Positions 9,967 to 18,981 of a DNA stretch of 64,000 nucleotides are shown here, in pieces. The notes beneath the pieces are model-generated. The model was not told the DNA's origin. It was given only the letters and a program-made list of their open reading frames with translations, and ran no database searches. Position numbers and translations under genes: made by a program. Origin of the DNA: Candidatus Eiseniibacteriota bacterium (lineage in GTDB: Bacteria > Eisenbacteria > RBG-16-71-46 > CAIMUX01 > JAHJDP01); NCBI GenBank assembly GCA_018831195.1, contig JAHJDP010000032.1:159094-223093 (forward strand). Reading direction: 5' to 3'. How positions within the stretch are numbered: the stretch's first letter is position 1; each line of letters begins with the position of its first letter.

Positions 9967-10446
9967 CTATTTGCCGCGGCCCCAGAGGCGCCGTTTCTTC
10001 TTTTCGTCTTTCTTCTCTTCCTCTTTCTTGCCGCTTTCGGCGCTGGGCTGAGCGGGCTGATCGCTCGGCGGCGCGGAGCCTATTCTGGGGATGGGCGCCT
10101 GGTCCGGATGGGAACCACGATCCCATAGCCGTCCGTCGCCGGATCGAACTTGGGAACCTTCTTCGCCGTCTTGAGGGTAGTACCAATACCCGTCATACCA
10201 CCAGGGTACGACATAGTATCCATACCAAGGGCTATATTCCCGATCGTAGTAGCCGCCGGAGTGGAGGAATGGATCACGGAAGTGATAGAGATCGGCATCA
10301 GCATGGCAGGTCGCACACTCATAGGTCTCTGCTTCCGAATTGGATTCGATCTGTGGATGGCGAAGCACCGTGTAACAGCCGACAAATAGGAAGGCGGCGA
10401 TGAGAATGAAGCAAGCGCCTGAGATGCACCGTTGCCATTTATTCAT
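9967..10446 (-). CDS. hypothetical lipoprotein with a single CXXCH motif and an aromatic-rich low-complexity segment
   Basis: ATG at 10446 is preceded by a GGGAG Shine-Dalgarno. Lipoprotein-type signal peptide (FILIAAFLFVGC). Contains ECATCH (CXXCH), then YYDREYSPWYGYYVVPWWYDGYWYYPQDG and a Lys/Glu-rich tail. Confidence 0.5.
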   Translation of the reverse strand: MNKWQRCISGACFILIAAFLFVGCYTVLRHPQIESNSEAETYECATCHADADLYHFRDPFLHSGGYYDREYSPWYGYYVVPWWYDGYWYYPQDGEEGSQVRSGDGRLWDRGSHPDQAPIPRIGSAPPSDQPAQPSAESGKKEEEKKDEKKKRRLWGRGK

Positions 10447-10643
10447 TTTCAATACTCCCATGTCCTTGGCCAAACTTGAATTCAAGTATAGGCTTGTGGG
10501 TCAGGAGTGTCAAAGAGACGCCATCTTCCACAAGACTGCAATCGAATCCCAATGCTGATAAGGTGAGGATTCCATCGTCTCAAGGATGCATACCCGCAAG
10601 GATCGGCGAGGGTTCCGATCTCGCGGGTTAGGAGGTTTACCGG
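10447..10643. promoter_or_regulatory. divergent intergenic region, presumed to hold promoters for the lipoprotein/OMP operon on the minus strand and the TPR-sigma operon on the plus strand
   Basis: 197-bp non-coding gap between divergently oriented starts. No specific promoter boxes were identified with confidence. Confidence 0.3.
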
Positions 10644-12431
10644 GTGCTGACAGGCAGGTGTATCGGCAGGCGTATCAATCGGTTTAATGGCGGTCGGGAT
10701 AGAAGCGAAGGTCGCCGGGCCTGTCGTTGGGCCGTCTCTTTCCTGCCCCTGATCTCATTCTTCTGGCTCAGCTGCGCCGGCTCCCCTCCGCCGCCATCGC
10801 CCTTGTTGCCGCCATCATTGTCGCCGGCTCCGTTCGCGGCTGATCTCGATGCCTTTACGGCCGGTCTCCATTTCGAGATGAAGGGAGAGTACGAGAGCGC
10901 GCTGGCAGCCTATGTCAAAGCGCTCCGCGCCGATCCAGAAAATGCCTATCTCCTGGCCCGCGCCGCCGCCTGCCACATGGAGTTGAAGCAGTTCGATGAG
11001 GCGGCCGCGATCGCCTTCCGTTCCCTCGAAGCCGATTCCACCCAGGCTGAGGCGCATTGGATCAGGGGATTGTCACTGGCGCGGTCCAATCTTCTCCAGG
11101 AATCTTTGCCTGATTTGGAAGACGCCGTCCGTCTTGAGCCTTCAAAGGATCTCTATCTGGGGAGCCTCATACAAGTTCTCACGGCGGCGGGTCAGATGGA
11201 TCTGGCGACGGAGACCCTCGAAAGGATCCTAGGAACAGGTTCCGAGTCCTCCCGTTGGCTCTTCCGTCTTGGAATGTACCTGTTACAGCGCAACCATGAA
11301 TCATCCGCCCTGAAAATGTTTCGCCGGGTTGTACAAAACGATCCACAGAATGCAGAGGCCTGGATCTTGATCGGTGATATTGAGGGCAAATCGGGAAGAC
11401 CCGCTGAAGGGGCGGAAGCCTATCTTCAGGCTCTGAGATTGCGACCGGAGAGCCCAAAGATCGCGCGGCAGGTTTTGCCTTTATTGATCTTCGAGGAGAA
11501 GTGGGAGGATGCCGCCGATGTCTTGAGCCTTCTCAATGACGGAAGCGGCTCCACGGACCAGGAGATGCTGAAACTCGCTCAGTGGCTCCTGAGCCAGAAC
11601 GAGCCAGCCAAGGCGAAGGCGCTCCTCGAATTCCTGAAAAAAGAGTCGTCCGACAGTTCCGAACTCCGGCGTGTCTGGATGCAAACCCTCATCCTTCAAG
11701 GATCGCCGAGTGATGTTTATCGGGCCAGCCGGGATTTGCTCGATCTCGTGCCTGGGGATGCCGAGGGGCTGCGTGTCGGTGCGGCGGCCATGGCTGACTC
11801 GGGACGGATCGAAGAATCCCTGGAAATGCTGGGGAATCTTCTGAAGAGGTATCCGAGGGATATTCAGGGATATATGCTCCTCGGAGAAATCGAATCCCGG
11901 AGAGATCATTGGGAGGATGCCCTTCAGGCCTTCAGGCTTGTCTTGGAGATCGACTCAACGAGGGTTCGGGCCCTCTTTCAAGAGGGTGTTTCACTGGAAC
12001 GTCTCGGCCGTTTTGATGAAGCGATCGATACCTTTCAAAGACTCATTGCCATGGAGCCTGATAACCATCAGGCTCTCAATTACATGGGTTACATGTGTAT
12101 CGATCTGGGGATTCATCTCCCGGAGGCGATGGAGTGGATCAAGGAGGCCCTGGAGATTAGGCCCGATACACCAGCCTATCTCGATAGCCTGGGGTGGGGT
12201 TATTATCAATTGAAGCAATATAACGACGCCCTGACCTGGCTGCTGAAGTCGGTTGAGGGAGGTGGAAATGATCCTGAGATCTATCTTCATGTTGCCGGAG
12301 TCTTGAAAGAATTGGGCCGGATCGACGAAGCTATCGACTGGGTGCACCGGGTGCTGCGGCACCGTCCCGATCACGTCGGCGCCCTGCAGTTTTTGCAGGA
12401 TTTGGAGGGGGTTCGGGAGGGCGTCCAGTGA
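10644..12431 (+). CDS. tetratricopeptide-repeat protein, secreted or lipoprotein
   Basis: GTG start 8 nt after an AGGAGG Shine-Dalgarno. Hydrophobic N-terminus, then many TPR-like helices (AxxYxxALxxxP spacing). The stop overlaps the ECF sigma GTG start. Confidence 0.7.
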   Translation: MLTGRCIGRRINRFNGGRDRSEGRRACRWAVSFLPLISFFWLSCAGSPPPPSPLLPPSLSPAPFAADLDAFTAGLHFEMKGEYESALAAYVKALRADPENAYLLARAAACHMELKQFDEAAAIAFRSLEADSTQAEAHWIRGLSLARSNLLQESLPDLEDAVRLEPSKDLYLGSLIQVLTAAGQMDLATETLERILGTGSESSRWLFRLGMYLLQRNHESSALKMFRRVVQNDPQNAEAWILIGDIEGKSGRPAEGAEAYLQALRLRPESPKIARQVLPLLIFEEKWEDAADVLSLLNDGSGSTDQEMLKLAQWLLSQNEPAKAKALLEFLKKESSDSSELRRVWMQTLILQGSPSDVYRASRDLLDLVPGDAEGLRVGAAAMADSGRIEESLEMLGNLLKRYPRDIQGYMLLGEIESRRDHWEDALQAFRLVLEIDSTRVRALFQEGVSLERLGRFDEAIDTFQRLIAMEPDNHQALNYMGYMCIDLGIHLPEAMEWIKEALEIRPDTPAYLDSLGWGYYQLKQYNDALTWLLKSVEGGGNDPEIYLHVAGVLKELGRIDEAIDWVHRVLRHRPDHVGALQFLQDLEGVREGVQ

Positions 12432-13171
12432 GACCAAGTGAATCGAAACCTATCCGATCCAAAGTCGATCCGCCGGATCTAACTTCCGGGGAACCGGAAG
12501 CCGCCGACAAGGTAACAAGTGAGGGACCGGACAAGAGGCCGATGGAACCTGGAAACGCAGCCGATGATATCTTGCAGCTGAACGCCATCGCCGATGAGGA
12601 TCTCATGGGCGTGATCGTTCAGGGTCGGGAAGACGCCTTTGAAGAATTGGTCCGGCGTTACCGAGGCAAGATTATTAATTTGGTGCACCGCTTCATCAAT
12701 GACCGCGAGCGGGCGCAGGAGTTATCGCAAGAGGTCTTCCTCAGGGTTTTTGTCCACAGGAAAAGGTATCGGCGCAGTGGGAAGTTCAGCACATGGATCT
12801 ACACCATCGCCGTTAATCTTGCCAAAAATGAGATTCGGCGAAAGGTAAGGTTGCGGGGCCAAATGAGCCTCGATGCGTTGCTGGAGATGACGGGGGATTC
12901 CGCCCCCTTCTTCGCCGACGACCGGCCGAAACCCGATCGTCGAACGCACCAAAGAGAGGTGGAGCGCATCGTTACGACGGCCATATCCACACTGCCCCCG
13001 AAGTATCGGGAGGTGCTCATCCTCAGAGATATTCAGCAACTCTCTTACGAGGAGATCGAGCAAGTCGTCGGTATTCCCGGCGGAACGGTAAGGTCACGCA
13101 TCAATAGAGCGCGCCAGGCGCTCAAGGAACGTTTGGAACCGATTCTGGGAGGAGATAAGGATGCAGTGTAA
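12428..13171 (+). CDS. ECF-subfamily RNA polymerase sigma-70 factor
   Basis: Region 2 (LVRRYRGKIINLVHRFINDRERAQELSQEVFLRVF…STWIYTIAVNLAKNE) and region 4 (LPPKYREVLILRDIQQLSYEEIEQVVGIPGGTVRSRINRARQALKE). An alternative ATG start lies at 12542. Confidence 0.8.
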   Translation: MRPSESKPIRSKVDPPDLTSGEPEAADKVTSEGPDKRPMEPGNAADDILQLNAIADEDLMGVIVQGREDAFEELVRRYRGKIINLVHRFINDRERAQELSQEVFLRVFVHRKRYRRSGKFSTWIYTIAVNLAKNEIRRKVRLRGQMSLDALLEMTGDSAPFFADDRPKPDRRTHQREVERIVTTAISTLPPKYREVLILRDIQQLSYEEIEQVVGIPGGTVRSRINRARQALKERLEPILGGDKDAV

Positions 13172-13823
13172 GAAGGTCATCCATCTGTTCAGCGCATACC
13201 TCGACGGCGAGCTGATGATAGAGGAAGAAGATCGCATCGAGCAGCATCTGAACGGGTGCCCCCAGTGCCATGCGGAGTTTGTTAAACTTCGTAATATGGT
13301 GAATCTCATGGGGCAGCTTCCCCAAGACGACCCGGGGGAGGCGTTCAGCCAGAGTGTTATGCGGAGAATCCGGACCGCGGGCGACGCGGCGCCTCTGAAG
13401 GAGTCCCTGCCATGGGGTGATCGGTTGGCGCAATGGTTCCGTTTTGAGAAAGCGCCGCGACCCATTTTTGGAATGGCGGCGACGCTTGTTTTGGGACTTG
13501 TTGTCGGCGCCGGTATCTACCAGGTTCTGGGCGGACATCTCACCGGCGAGAGCGATTCAACGCCGGGCGGCGTGATCGCCCGCAGCGAAGCACCCACTTT
13601 GGCGGTCGATGGAGATCGTGAGACACCGGTGGTAGGGATGGCGGATGCGGCTGGCGCCGCAGTGATTCAACCGAGCGATTCCCTTGCAAACACGGCTCCG
13701 GAATTCGTCCTGGATCCCTACATTATGGAGGATGAGTTGAGGCAGGTCGCTGTTCCACTTTATCCTCGGGGCGTCTTCAATGTTCGCGATGCTTCTCCCA
13801 AAGATGATACGATCACATTCTAA
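13161..13823 (+). CDS. zinc-finger anti-sigma factor with one transmembrane segment
   Basis: It sits immediately downstream of the ECF sigma gene with a 11-nt overlap. N-terminal HLNGCPQCHAEF (HxxxCxxC ZAS-type motif) and one TM helix (IFGMAATLVLGLVVGAGIY). Confidence 0.65.
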   Translation: MQCKKVIHLFSAYLDGELMIEEEDRIEQHLNGCPQCHAEFVKLRNMVNLMGQLPQDDPGEAFSQSVMRRIRTAGDAAPLKESLPWGDRLAQWFRFEKAPRPIFGMAATLVLGLVVGAGIYQVLGGHLTGESDSTPGGVIARSEAPTLAVDGDRETPVVGMADAAGAAVIQPSDSLANTAPEFVLDPYIMEDELRQVAVPLYPRGVFNVRDASPKDDTITF

Positions 13824-15111
13824 AACTCGAGATCCGATCCTCGTAACGAGAGGCTTTCTGGTCTTGCTTTTGGGACTCTTGTCTCTCATTTCGAGCCCGG
13901 CCCCTCTCCGGGCTGCCGGCGAGTTAGGATCCACCCTCGATAAAATGCTTGAGGAGATGCAACCGAGTGTTGTGGCCGTGGAGGCGCACCGGCCCCTCTT
14001 CTCTTCGAATGCACAGGATCTTAGGAACCGGCGATTGCCGGGCGACTTTTCCCATAAGCTTTTTGTTTCATCCGGCGTTCTCATCGCGGGCGGGCATTAT
14101 ATTGTGACGACCGCTTCAGGCGTCGAATTGGGCGATTCGATCGTCATCCGTTTCCATACGGGGGAGCGTATAGCGGCGCGCCTGCATTATGAAGATCGGC
14201 GAATGAACGTCGCCTTAATCGAATTAGACGAGGTTGTCTCCGGAGTCCGAAGCCTGCCGATTCGCGAAATCCCGGATAGTCTTTCGGCGCGGGGGGATTG
14301 GGTCGCCGCCTTAGGTTATTCCTCCGGAAATCCCGAACCGGTTCTCACCATCGGGCAGTTTTTTGGGAGATCGTATACTCGCGATGGAGCGACGACGCGG
14401 GCTGTTCTGCGGACCACCGTGCCGATCTTCCCGGGAAGCAGCGGCGGACTTCTCGTCGATGCCGATGGGAATTGGATCGGTTTGCTCTCCGGTTCCTGCT
14501 ACAGACCCGGCGCGGTTCATGATTGTCCCAATGATATCACTCTCGGGAGCGGGCCCCAGGTCGCCCTGGCGATACCGGTTCGCGATGTCCTTGCCGCCGC
14601 AGAGCGGCTTGAGGTGGAAGGAAGATCCAGTCGCGCTTTTCTCGGTGTCCGTATCTCAACCGAGGCCGAGTCAAGCGGCGCGGCGCGAGAGGACTCAGCT
14701 GAGGGTTATAAAGGTTTAACAATATTCGCCATTCTTGAGGAGAGCCCGGCCGCGCAAGCCGGTCTCCTGGCGGGGGACATTATACTCTCCATAGAAGGAA
14801 TGCCCGTCAATAATATGGAGACTCTCCGTGATCTCGTGTCTCAGCGGGAATCAGGGATGACGATGAACCTGAAGATTCAAAGAGAGGGCCGTTCCTTCGA
14901 TCGTACCGTTCAATTGGGGGATCGAAGAATATACGATTTGTTTGCGGAAACGCGTGAACGTGAAATGTTCCAGGAACGGCAAATCCAAACCCAGATCCGC
15001 CAGTTAGAACAGCTTTTACAGAGGCTGCGCTCAAGCCCCTATGCCCAAACCAAATCGGTAGAACCGGCGCCGGTTGTGGGCCGGGGAGAGACCGGCCGGC
15101 GTTCTCCCTAG
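13804..15111 (+). CDS. trypsin-like serine protease with a C-terminal PDZ domain (HtrA/DegP-like)
   Basis: GSSGGLLVD places the catalytic Ser; upstream His (GGHYIVTTAS) and Asp (DVALIEL). The PDZ region is GLTIFAILEESPAAQAGLLAGDIILSIEGMPV. The ATG at 13804 is preferred; the longer ORF begins at 13780. Confidence 0.75.
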   Translation: MIRSHSKTRDPILVTRGFLVLLLGLLSLISSPAPLRAAGELGSTLDKMLEEMQPSVVAVEAHRPLFSSNAQDLRNRRLPGDFSHKLFVSSGVLIAGGHYIVTTASGVELGDSIVIRFHTGERIAARLHYEDRRMNVALIELDEVVSGVRSLPIREIPDSLSARGDWVAALGYSSGNPEPVLTIGQFFGRSYTRDGATTRAVLRTTVPIFPGSSGGLLVDADGNWIGLLSGSCYRPGAVHDCPNDITLGSGPQVALAIPVRDVLAAAERLEVEGRSSRAFLGVRISTEAESSGAAREDSAEGYKGLTIFAILEESPAAQAGLLAGDIILSIEGMPVNNMETLRDLVSQRESGMTMNLKIQREGRSFDRTVQLGDRRIYDLFAETREREMFQERQIQTQIRQLEQLLQRLRSSPYAQTKSVEPAPVVGRGETGRRSP

Positions 15112-15142
15112 CTGTTGAGACCTTCCTGTGCCTCATGGAACA

Positions 15143-15180
15143 AAGCCCCCTGCGCTGGACCCGGCGGGGGGCTTATGGTA
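15143..15180 (+). terminator. candidate rho-independent terminator after the HtrA-like gene
   Basis: AAGCCCCC…GGGGGCTT forms a perfect 8-bp GC-rich stem around a 16-nt loop, followed by ATGGTAGTTTCC. Confidence 0.3.
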
Positions 15181-15244
15181 GTTTCCTCGGCGAGTGCAGC
15201 AAGGGTGTGAGCCGGGGTCTTCAATAGGATTTTGGAGGGATCGC

Positions 15245-16276
15245 ATGCGGCTGAAAATGGGGATGAGTCTGCTTCTTCTGGGCCTCTTTCTATCGGGCTG
15301 CAGCAAACCATTTGAGTTGGCGAAGGGATCGACTCAGAGCGTCAGCCTCTTTACCGTGTGGCAGCGGCAGGATGACCGGGTTGAGTGGATCCGGGAGAGA
15401 CTCGAAGCGCCGGTCATTGTCGCCATCCGTCCTGAAAGAAACTTCAGTGTCGAGGTGGTTGAACCGAGCGGGTTACCATCCCGCCGGGAATGGCGGACAC
15501 ATATTTTTCTGGAGGATCTCAGCCAGAACGGGCGGATCCGGCAGACCGTGGAGAAAATTCTTGGGAAGGAAGAGCTGGAAAAACTCGCCGCCCTCCCCGC
15601 CGGTCATCGGATGCTTCGCGATGTCTGGGCTCGGGGCCAGACCATCCTCATCCTCCATTGCAAGGATCCAGAGGCCTTCCGGGACTATTTGGAGGAGAAC
15701 GGCGAACAGCTTATGCGGTCGCTCGAAGCGACCGTAACAATCGGTGTTGCAGAAACACTTTACATATCAGGCGAGCAGGAGGGGATGGAGCAATCGATCA
15801 GAGATAAGTATCATTTTTCCCTGCGCATCCCGGCGGGCTACAAGGTTTCTGAAGATCCGGAGAACAAGGTTATCCGAATGACATTTGTACGTTACAAGGG
15901 TCCCGCTCAGTTTCTCATTCTTCACACCCGGCCTAGAGAGGGTGTTTTTCTTGATCCGGACTGGGCTCTTAAATTCCGGGATGCCTTGGTGGTCCTCTAC
16001 AACGAGGGGGACCATGTTGAGTTTTCCCGTTCGGTGGGGTGGTTCGAGCCCTTTCAAGGTAATGAGGCGGTGCGGCTGAGGGGCTTATGGCAGAATGAAG
16101 AATACAATATGGGGGGCGGGTTTGAGTCGATCCTCTTTTTGCTTGAAGATCAGGCCATTTTTATGGATCTGGCGATCTTCAATCCGACGGGGGAAAAGCT
16201 GCCCTATATGAGAGAGCTGCGCGCTATCGCCTCCACCTTCAGAGTCGACGACCGGGAAGGTGACGACCCCTTGTGA
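15245..16276 (+). CDS. hypothetical lipoprotein
   Basis: ATG 4 to 6 nt after a GGAGGGA Shine-Dalgarno. Signal peptide with lipobox MRLKMGMSLLLLGLFLSGC. No recognisable catalytic motif. Its stop overlaps the aroB start. Confidence 0.5.
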   Translation: MRLKMGMSLLLLGLFLSGCSKPFELAKGSTQSVSLFTVWQRQDDRVEWIRERLEAPVIVAIRPERNFSVEVVEPSGLPSRREWRTHIFLEDLSQNGRIRQTVEKILGKEELEKLAALPAGHRMLRDVWARGQTILILHCKDPEAFRDYLEENGEQLMRSLEATVTIGVAETLYISGEQEGMEQSIRDKYHFSLRIPAGYKVSEDPENKVIRMTFVRYKGPAQFLILHTRPREGVFLDPDWALKFRDALVVLYNEGDHVEFSRSVGWFEPFQGNEAVRLRGLWQNEEYNMGGGFESILFLLEDQAIFMDLAIFNPTGEKLPYMRELRAIASTFRVDDREGDDPL

Positions 16277-17370
16277 AAAAGCTTCAATGCCGGACCGATC
16301 CACCTTACACAATCTATGTCGGTCCGCTGAACGATGGGGAGATCCGTGAGGCCCTCTTCGCCTTGGCACGGGAAGAAGAGTGGGCCTCCCCCGCCGTGAT
16401 CGTGAGTGACAACCATGTCGCCCCGCTTTATGCCGACCGCCTTCAAACCCTCCTCACCGATGCCGGACTGGCCCCAAGCCTCATGACCGTGGAGGCGGGG
16501 GAGGGCTCAAAGTCGATGGCGACCTTCGAGGTTCTCTGCCAGTCCTTCCTGGAACGGGGCGTCTGCCGCCGTTCGCCGGTTTTCGCACTTGGCGGTGGTG
16601 TTGTGGGAGATCTTGCCGGTTTTGCCGCGGCGACATTCTCGAGAGGGATGCCATGGGTTGTTGTTCCGACCTCCCTTTTAGCTCAGGTAGACAGTTCTGT
16701 CGGGGGGAAAGTCGCCATTAATCTCCCGGTGGCCAAGAATATGCTGGGATCCTTTCACCAGCCCCGGATGGTCATTGCTGATCCGAACTGCCTCAAGACC
16801 CTTCCAGAGAGGGAGTACCTGAGCGGTTTGGCGGAAATCCTGAAATCGGCGATTGTGGGGGATCGAGAGTTATTGACCCTCCTGGAGGAGAGAGGGCAAG
16901 CTATTCTGGATCGAGAGGTCCAGCTTCTAGAGGGGGTTGTCGACGCTTCCCTGAAGGTCAAATGCGACGTAGTAGAGAGGGACGAAAAGGACTATGGTCA
17001 CCGTCATGTTCTGAACCTTGGACATACCTTTGGGCACGCCATCGAGGCGGTCGCAGGATACGGCCGGTGGCTCCATGGAGAGGCTGTGGCGGTGGGTCTG
17101 TGCGCCGCCCTCTGGTTATCCTGGCGCATGGGTTCTCTGTCTGAGGAGGCCATCCTAAGAATCGAGAACCTCTTGACTCAATGGGGGTTACCCGTGAGGG
17201 CCTCCGGGCTCGATCCCGCCGAAGTGGAAAAGGCCATGGGGTATGATAAGAAATTTACGCGGGGCCGACAACGGTTCGTTCTTATAGAGGATTGGGGAAG
17301 ACCGGTCATTGTCCCGGATCCGCCCCGTGAACTCGTGAGAGAAACCATCCGGCGCATGGTCTCGGCATAG
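16273..17370 (+). CDS. aroB: 3-dehydroquinate synthase
   Basis: GGGVVGDLAGFAA…VPTSLLAQVDSSVGGKVAIN…HTFGHAIE are AroB motifs. GTG start overlapping the upstream stop. Confidence 0.85.
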   Translation: MKKLQCRTDPPYTIYVGPLNDGEIREALFALAREEEWASPAVIVSDNHVAPLYADRLQTLLTDAGLAPSLMTVEAGEGSKSMATFEVLCQSFLERGVCRRSPVFALGGGVVGDLAGFAAATFSRGMPWVVVPTSLLAQVDSSVGGKVAINLPVAKNMLGSFHQPRMVIADPNCLKTLPEREYLSGLAEILKSAIVGDRELLTLLEERGQAILDREVQLLEGVVDASLKVKCDVVERDEKDYGHRHVLNLGHTFGHAIEAVAGYGRWLHGEAVAVGLCAALWLSWRMGSLSEEAILRIENLLTQWGLPVRASGLDPAEVEKAMGYDKKFTRGRQRFVLIEDWGRPVIVPDPPRELVRETIRRMVSA

Positions 17371-17381
17371 GGGGGTGATGC

Positions 17382-17828
17382 TTGAAACGTGTTTTGGTGC
17401 TCCTGGGACCCAATCTAAATATGGTGGGCCGCCGTGAGCCTGGGATATATGGCGAGATCTCGATTGAGACCATAATGAAGGATTTGACCGGCGAGGCGGA
17501 GAAGCTCGGGATCCGTCTGGAGGTTTTTCAATCAAATCATGAAGGGGTTCTCATTGACCGTCTTCAGGAGGCCCAAGGTATCTATGATGGAATCTTGTTG
17601 AATCCAGGGGGATATTCACATCAAAGTATAGCCCTTCGGGACGCCGTGGCGGCTTGCGGAGTGAGTGTCATTCTAGTTCATTTATCCAATACTTGGGCGC
17701 GCGAATCGTATCGCCACCAGGATATTGTCGGATCGGCCTGCCATGGTGCGGTGATTGGCTTGGGACGTGTGAGCTTCTCCGCTGGATTGTGGGCCCTGTA
17801 CCGTTTGTCGGAGGAAAGGCCGGGCTAA
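17382..17828 (+). CDS. aroQ: type II 3-dehydroquinate dehydratase
   Basis: MKRVLVLLGPNLNMVGRREPGIYG…LLNPGGYSH…HLSN is the canonical type II DHQase sequence. TTG start. Confidence 0.9.
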   Translation: MKRVLVLLGPNLNMVGRREPGIYGEISIETIMKDLTGEAEKLGIRLEVFQSNHEGVLIDRLQEAQGIYDGILLNPGGYSHQSIALRDAVAACGVSVILVHLSNTWARESYRHQDIVGSACHGAVIGLGRVSFSAGLWALYRLSEERPG

Positions 17829-17860
17829 CGGCATTTCCAGAATTTGAAGGAGGAGGGGCG

Positions 17861-18424
17861 ATGGCATCGACCGGTGATTTTCGCAACGGGATGATGGTAA
17901 AAATCGATGGGGATATCTGTAAAATTGTTGATTTTCAGCATGTGAAACCGGGTAAGGGGGGGGCTTTTGTCCGCACCAAACTGAAAAGAGTGGTTTCCGG
18001 TGCTGTGATCGATAGAACCTTCCGGGCCGGTGAGAAGGTCGAGGAGGTCCGGGTTGAACGACACAAGATGCAGTATACCTACCGCGATGGCTCACACTTT
18101 CATCTCATGAATCTGGAAACCTATGAAGAGGTCGTGATGGATGAGGCCGCTATCGGCGATGACGCCAAATATCTTAAGGAAGGGACCGAGCTGGATCTTA
18201 TGATGAGTGATGATGGTCCTCTCGGCATGGAGCTTCCGACCTTTGTTGTCCTCGAGGTGACGGAAACTGACCCCGGATTTCGTGGTGACACAGCCTCAGG
18301 AGGCGGAAAACCGGCCACGATGGAGACGGGATTGGTCGTTCAAGTGCCGCTTTTCATCGAAGTTGGAGAACGCCTTAAGATCGATACCCGCAGCGGTGAG
18401 TATGTGGAGCGGGTGAATCCGTGA
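17861..18424 (+). CDS. efp: elongation factor P
   Basis: The ATG at 17861 follows GAAGGAGGAGGGG. MASTGDFRNGMMVKIDG…KPGKGGAFVRTKLK (the Lys-type loop) …LVVQVPLFIE. Confidence 0.9.
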   Translation: MASTGDFRNGMMVKIDGDICKIVDFQHVKPGKGGAFVRTKLKRVVSGAVIDRTFRAGEKVEEVRVERHKMQYTYRDGSHFHLMNLETYEEVVMDEAAIGDDAKYLKEGTELDLMMSDDGPLGMELPTFVVLEVTETDPGFRGDTASGGGKPATMETGLVVQVPLFIEVGERLKIDTRSGEYVERVNP

Positions 18425-18469
18425 ATCGGCCTTCCTTGACCATGTGAACTGCTGCTGGAGGGATACGGG

Positions 18470-18958
18470 ATGGATGTCGAAGAATTGAAGAGACTCATCC
18501 GTTTGGTGGAAGAGAGCCAGATCGACGAATTGGAGATCCGGAAGTTATGGTCCCGCGTCCGGATCACTAAGGCGGGAGCCCTGGGCCTCCATCCGTCTCG
18601 AGCTGACGGAGGCGGGTGCCCAGCCAGTGAGCCGATGGTTGTCTCGGTGCCATCAATCGTCACGCCGGCCGCGCCGGCGCCGGTCGGCAAAGAGCCGGAA
18701 GTGGATGAGGGGCTGGTACCAATTGTATCCCCTATTGTGGGTACGTTTTACCGAGCTCCGTCGCCTGATGCCGCGCCCTATTCGGATGTCGGCACAAGGG
18801 TCTCCCCGGGTCAGGTGGTCTGCATTGTGGAAGCGATGAAGCTGATGAACGAAATCGAAGCAGAGGTTTCCGGCACGGTTGAGCGCATTCTCGTTGAGAA
18901 CACGCAACCGGTGGAATTCAACCAGCCTCTCTTTCTCGTTCGTCCAGACGCTTCCTGA
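18470..18958 (+). CDS. accB: acetyl-CoA carboxylase biotin carboxyl carrier protein
   Basis: C-terminal biotinyl domain with the EAMKLMN motif. 162 aa. Confidence 0.9.
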   Translation: MDVEELKRLIRLVEESQIDELEIRKLWSRVRITKAGALGLHPSRADGGGCPASEPMVVSVPSIVTPAAPAPVGKEPEVDEGLVPIVSPIVGTFYRAPSPDAAPYSDVGTRVSPGQVVCIVEAMKLMNEIEAEVSGTVERILVENTQPVEFNQPLFLVRPDAS

Positions 18959-18981
18959 GCCGCGGTAAGGAAGGAGGCTAC

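Noticed and set aside
10537-10555. gcaatcgaatccc, which resembles a tRNA T-arm (GGTTCGAATCC)
   Set aside because: The flanking sequence cannot form acceptor, D or anticodon stems, so this is not a tRNA.
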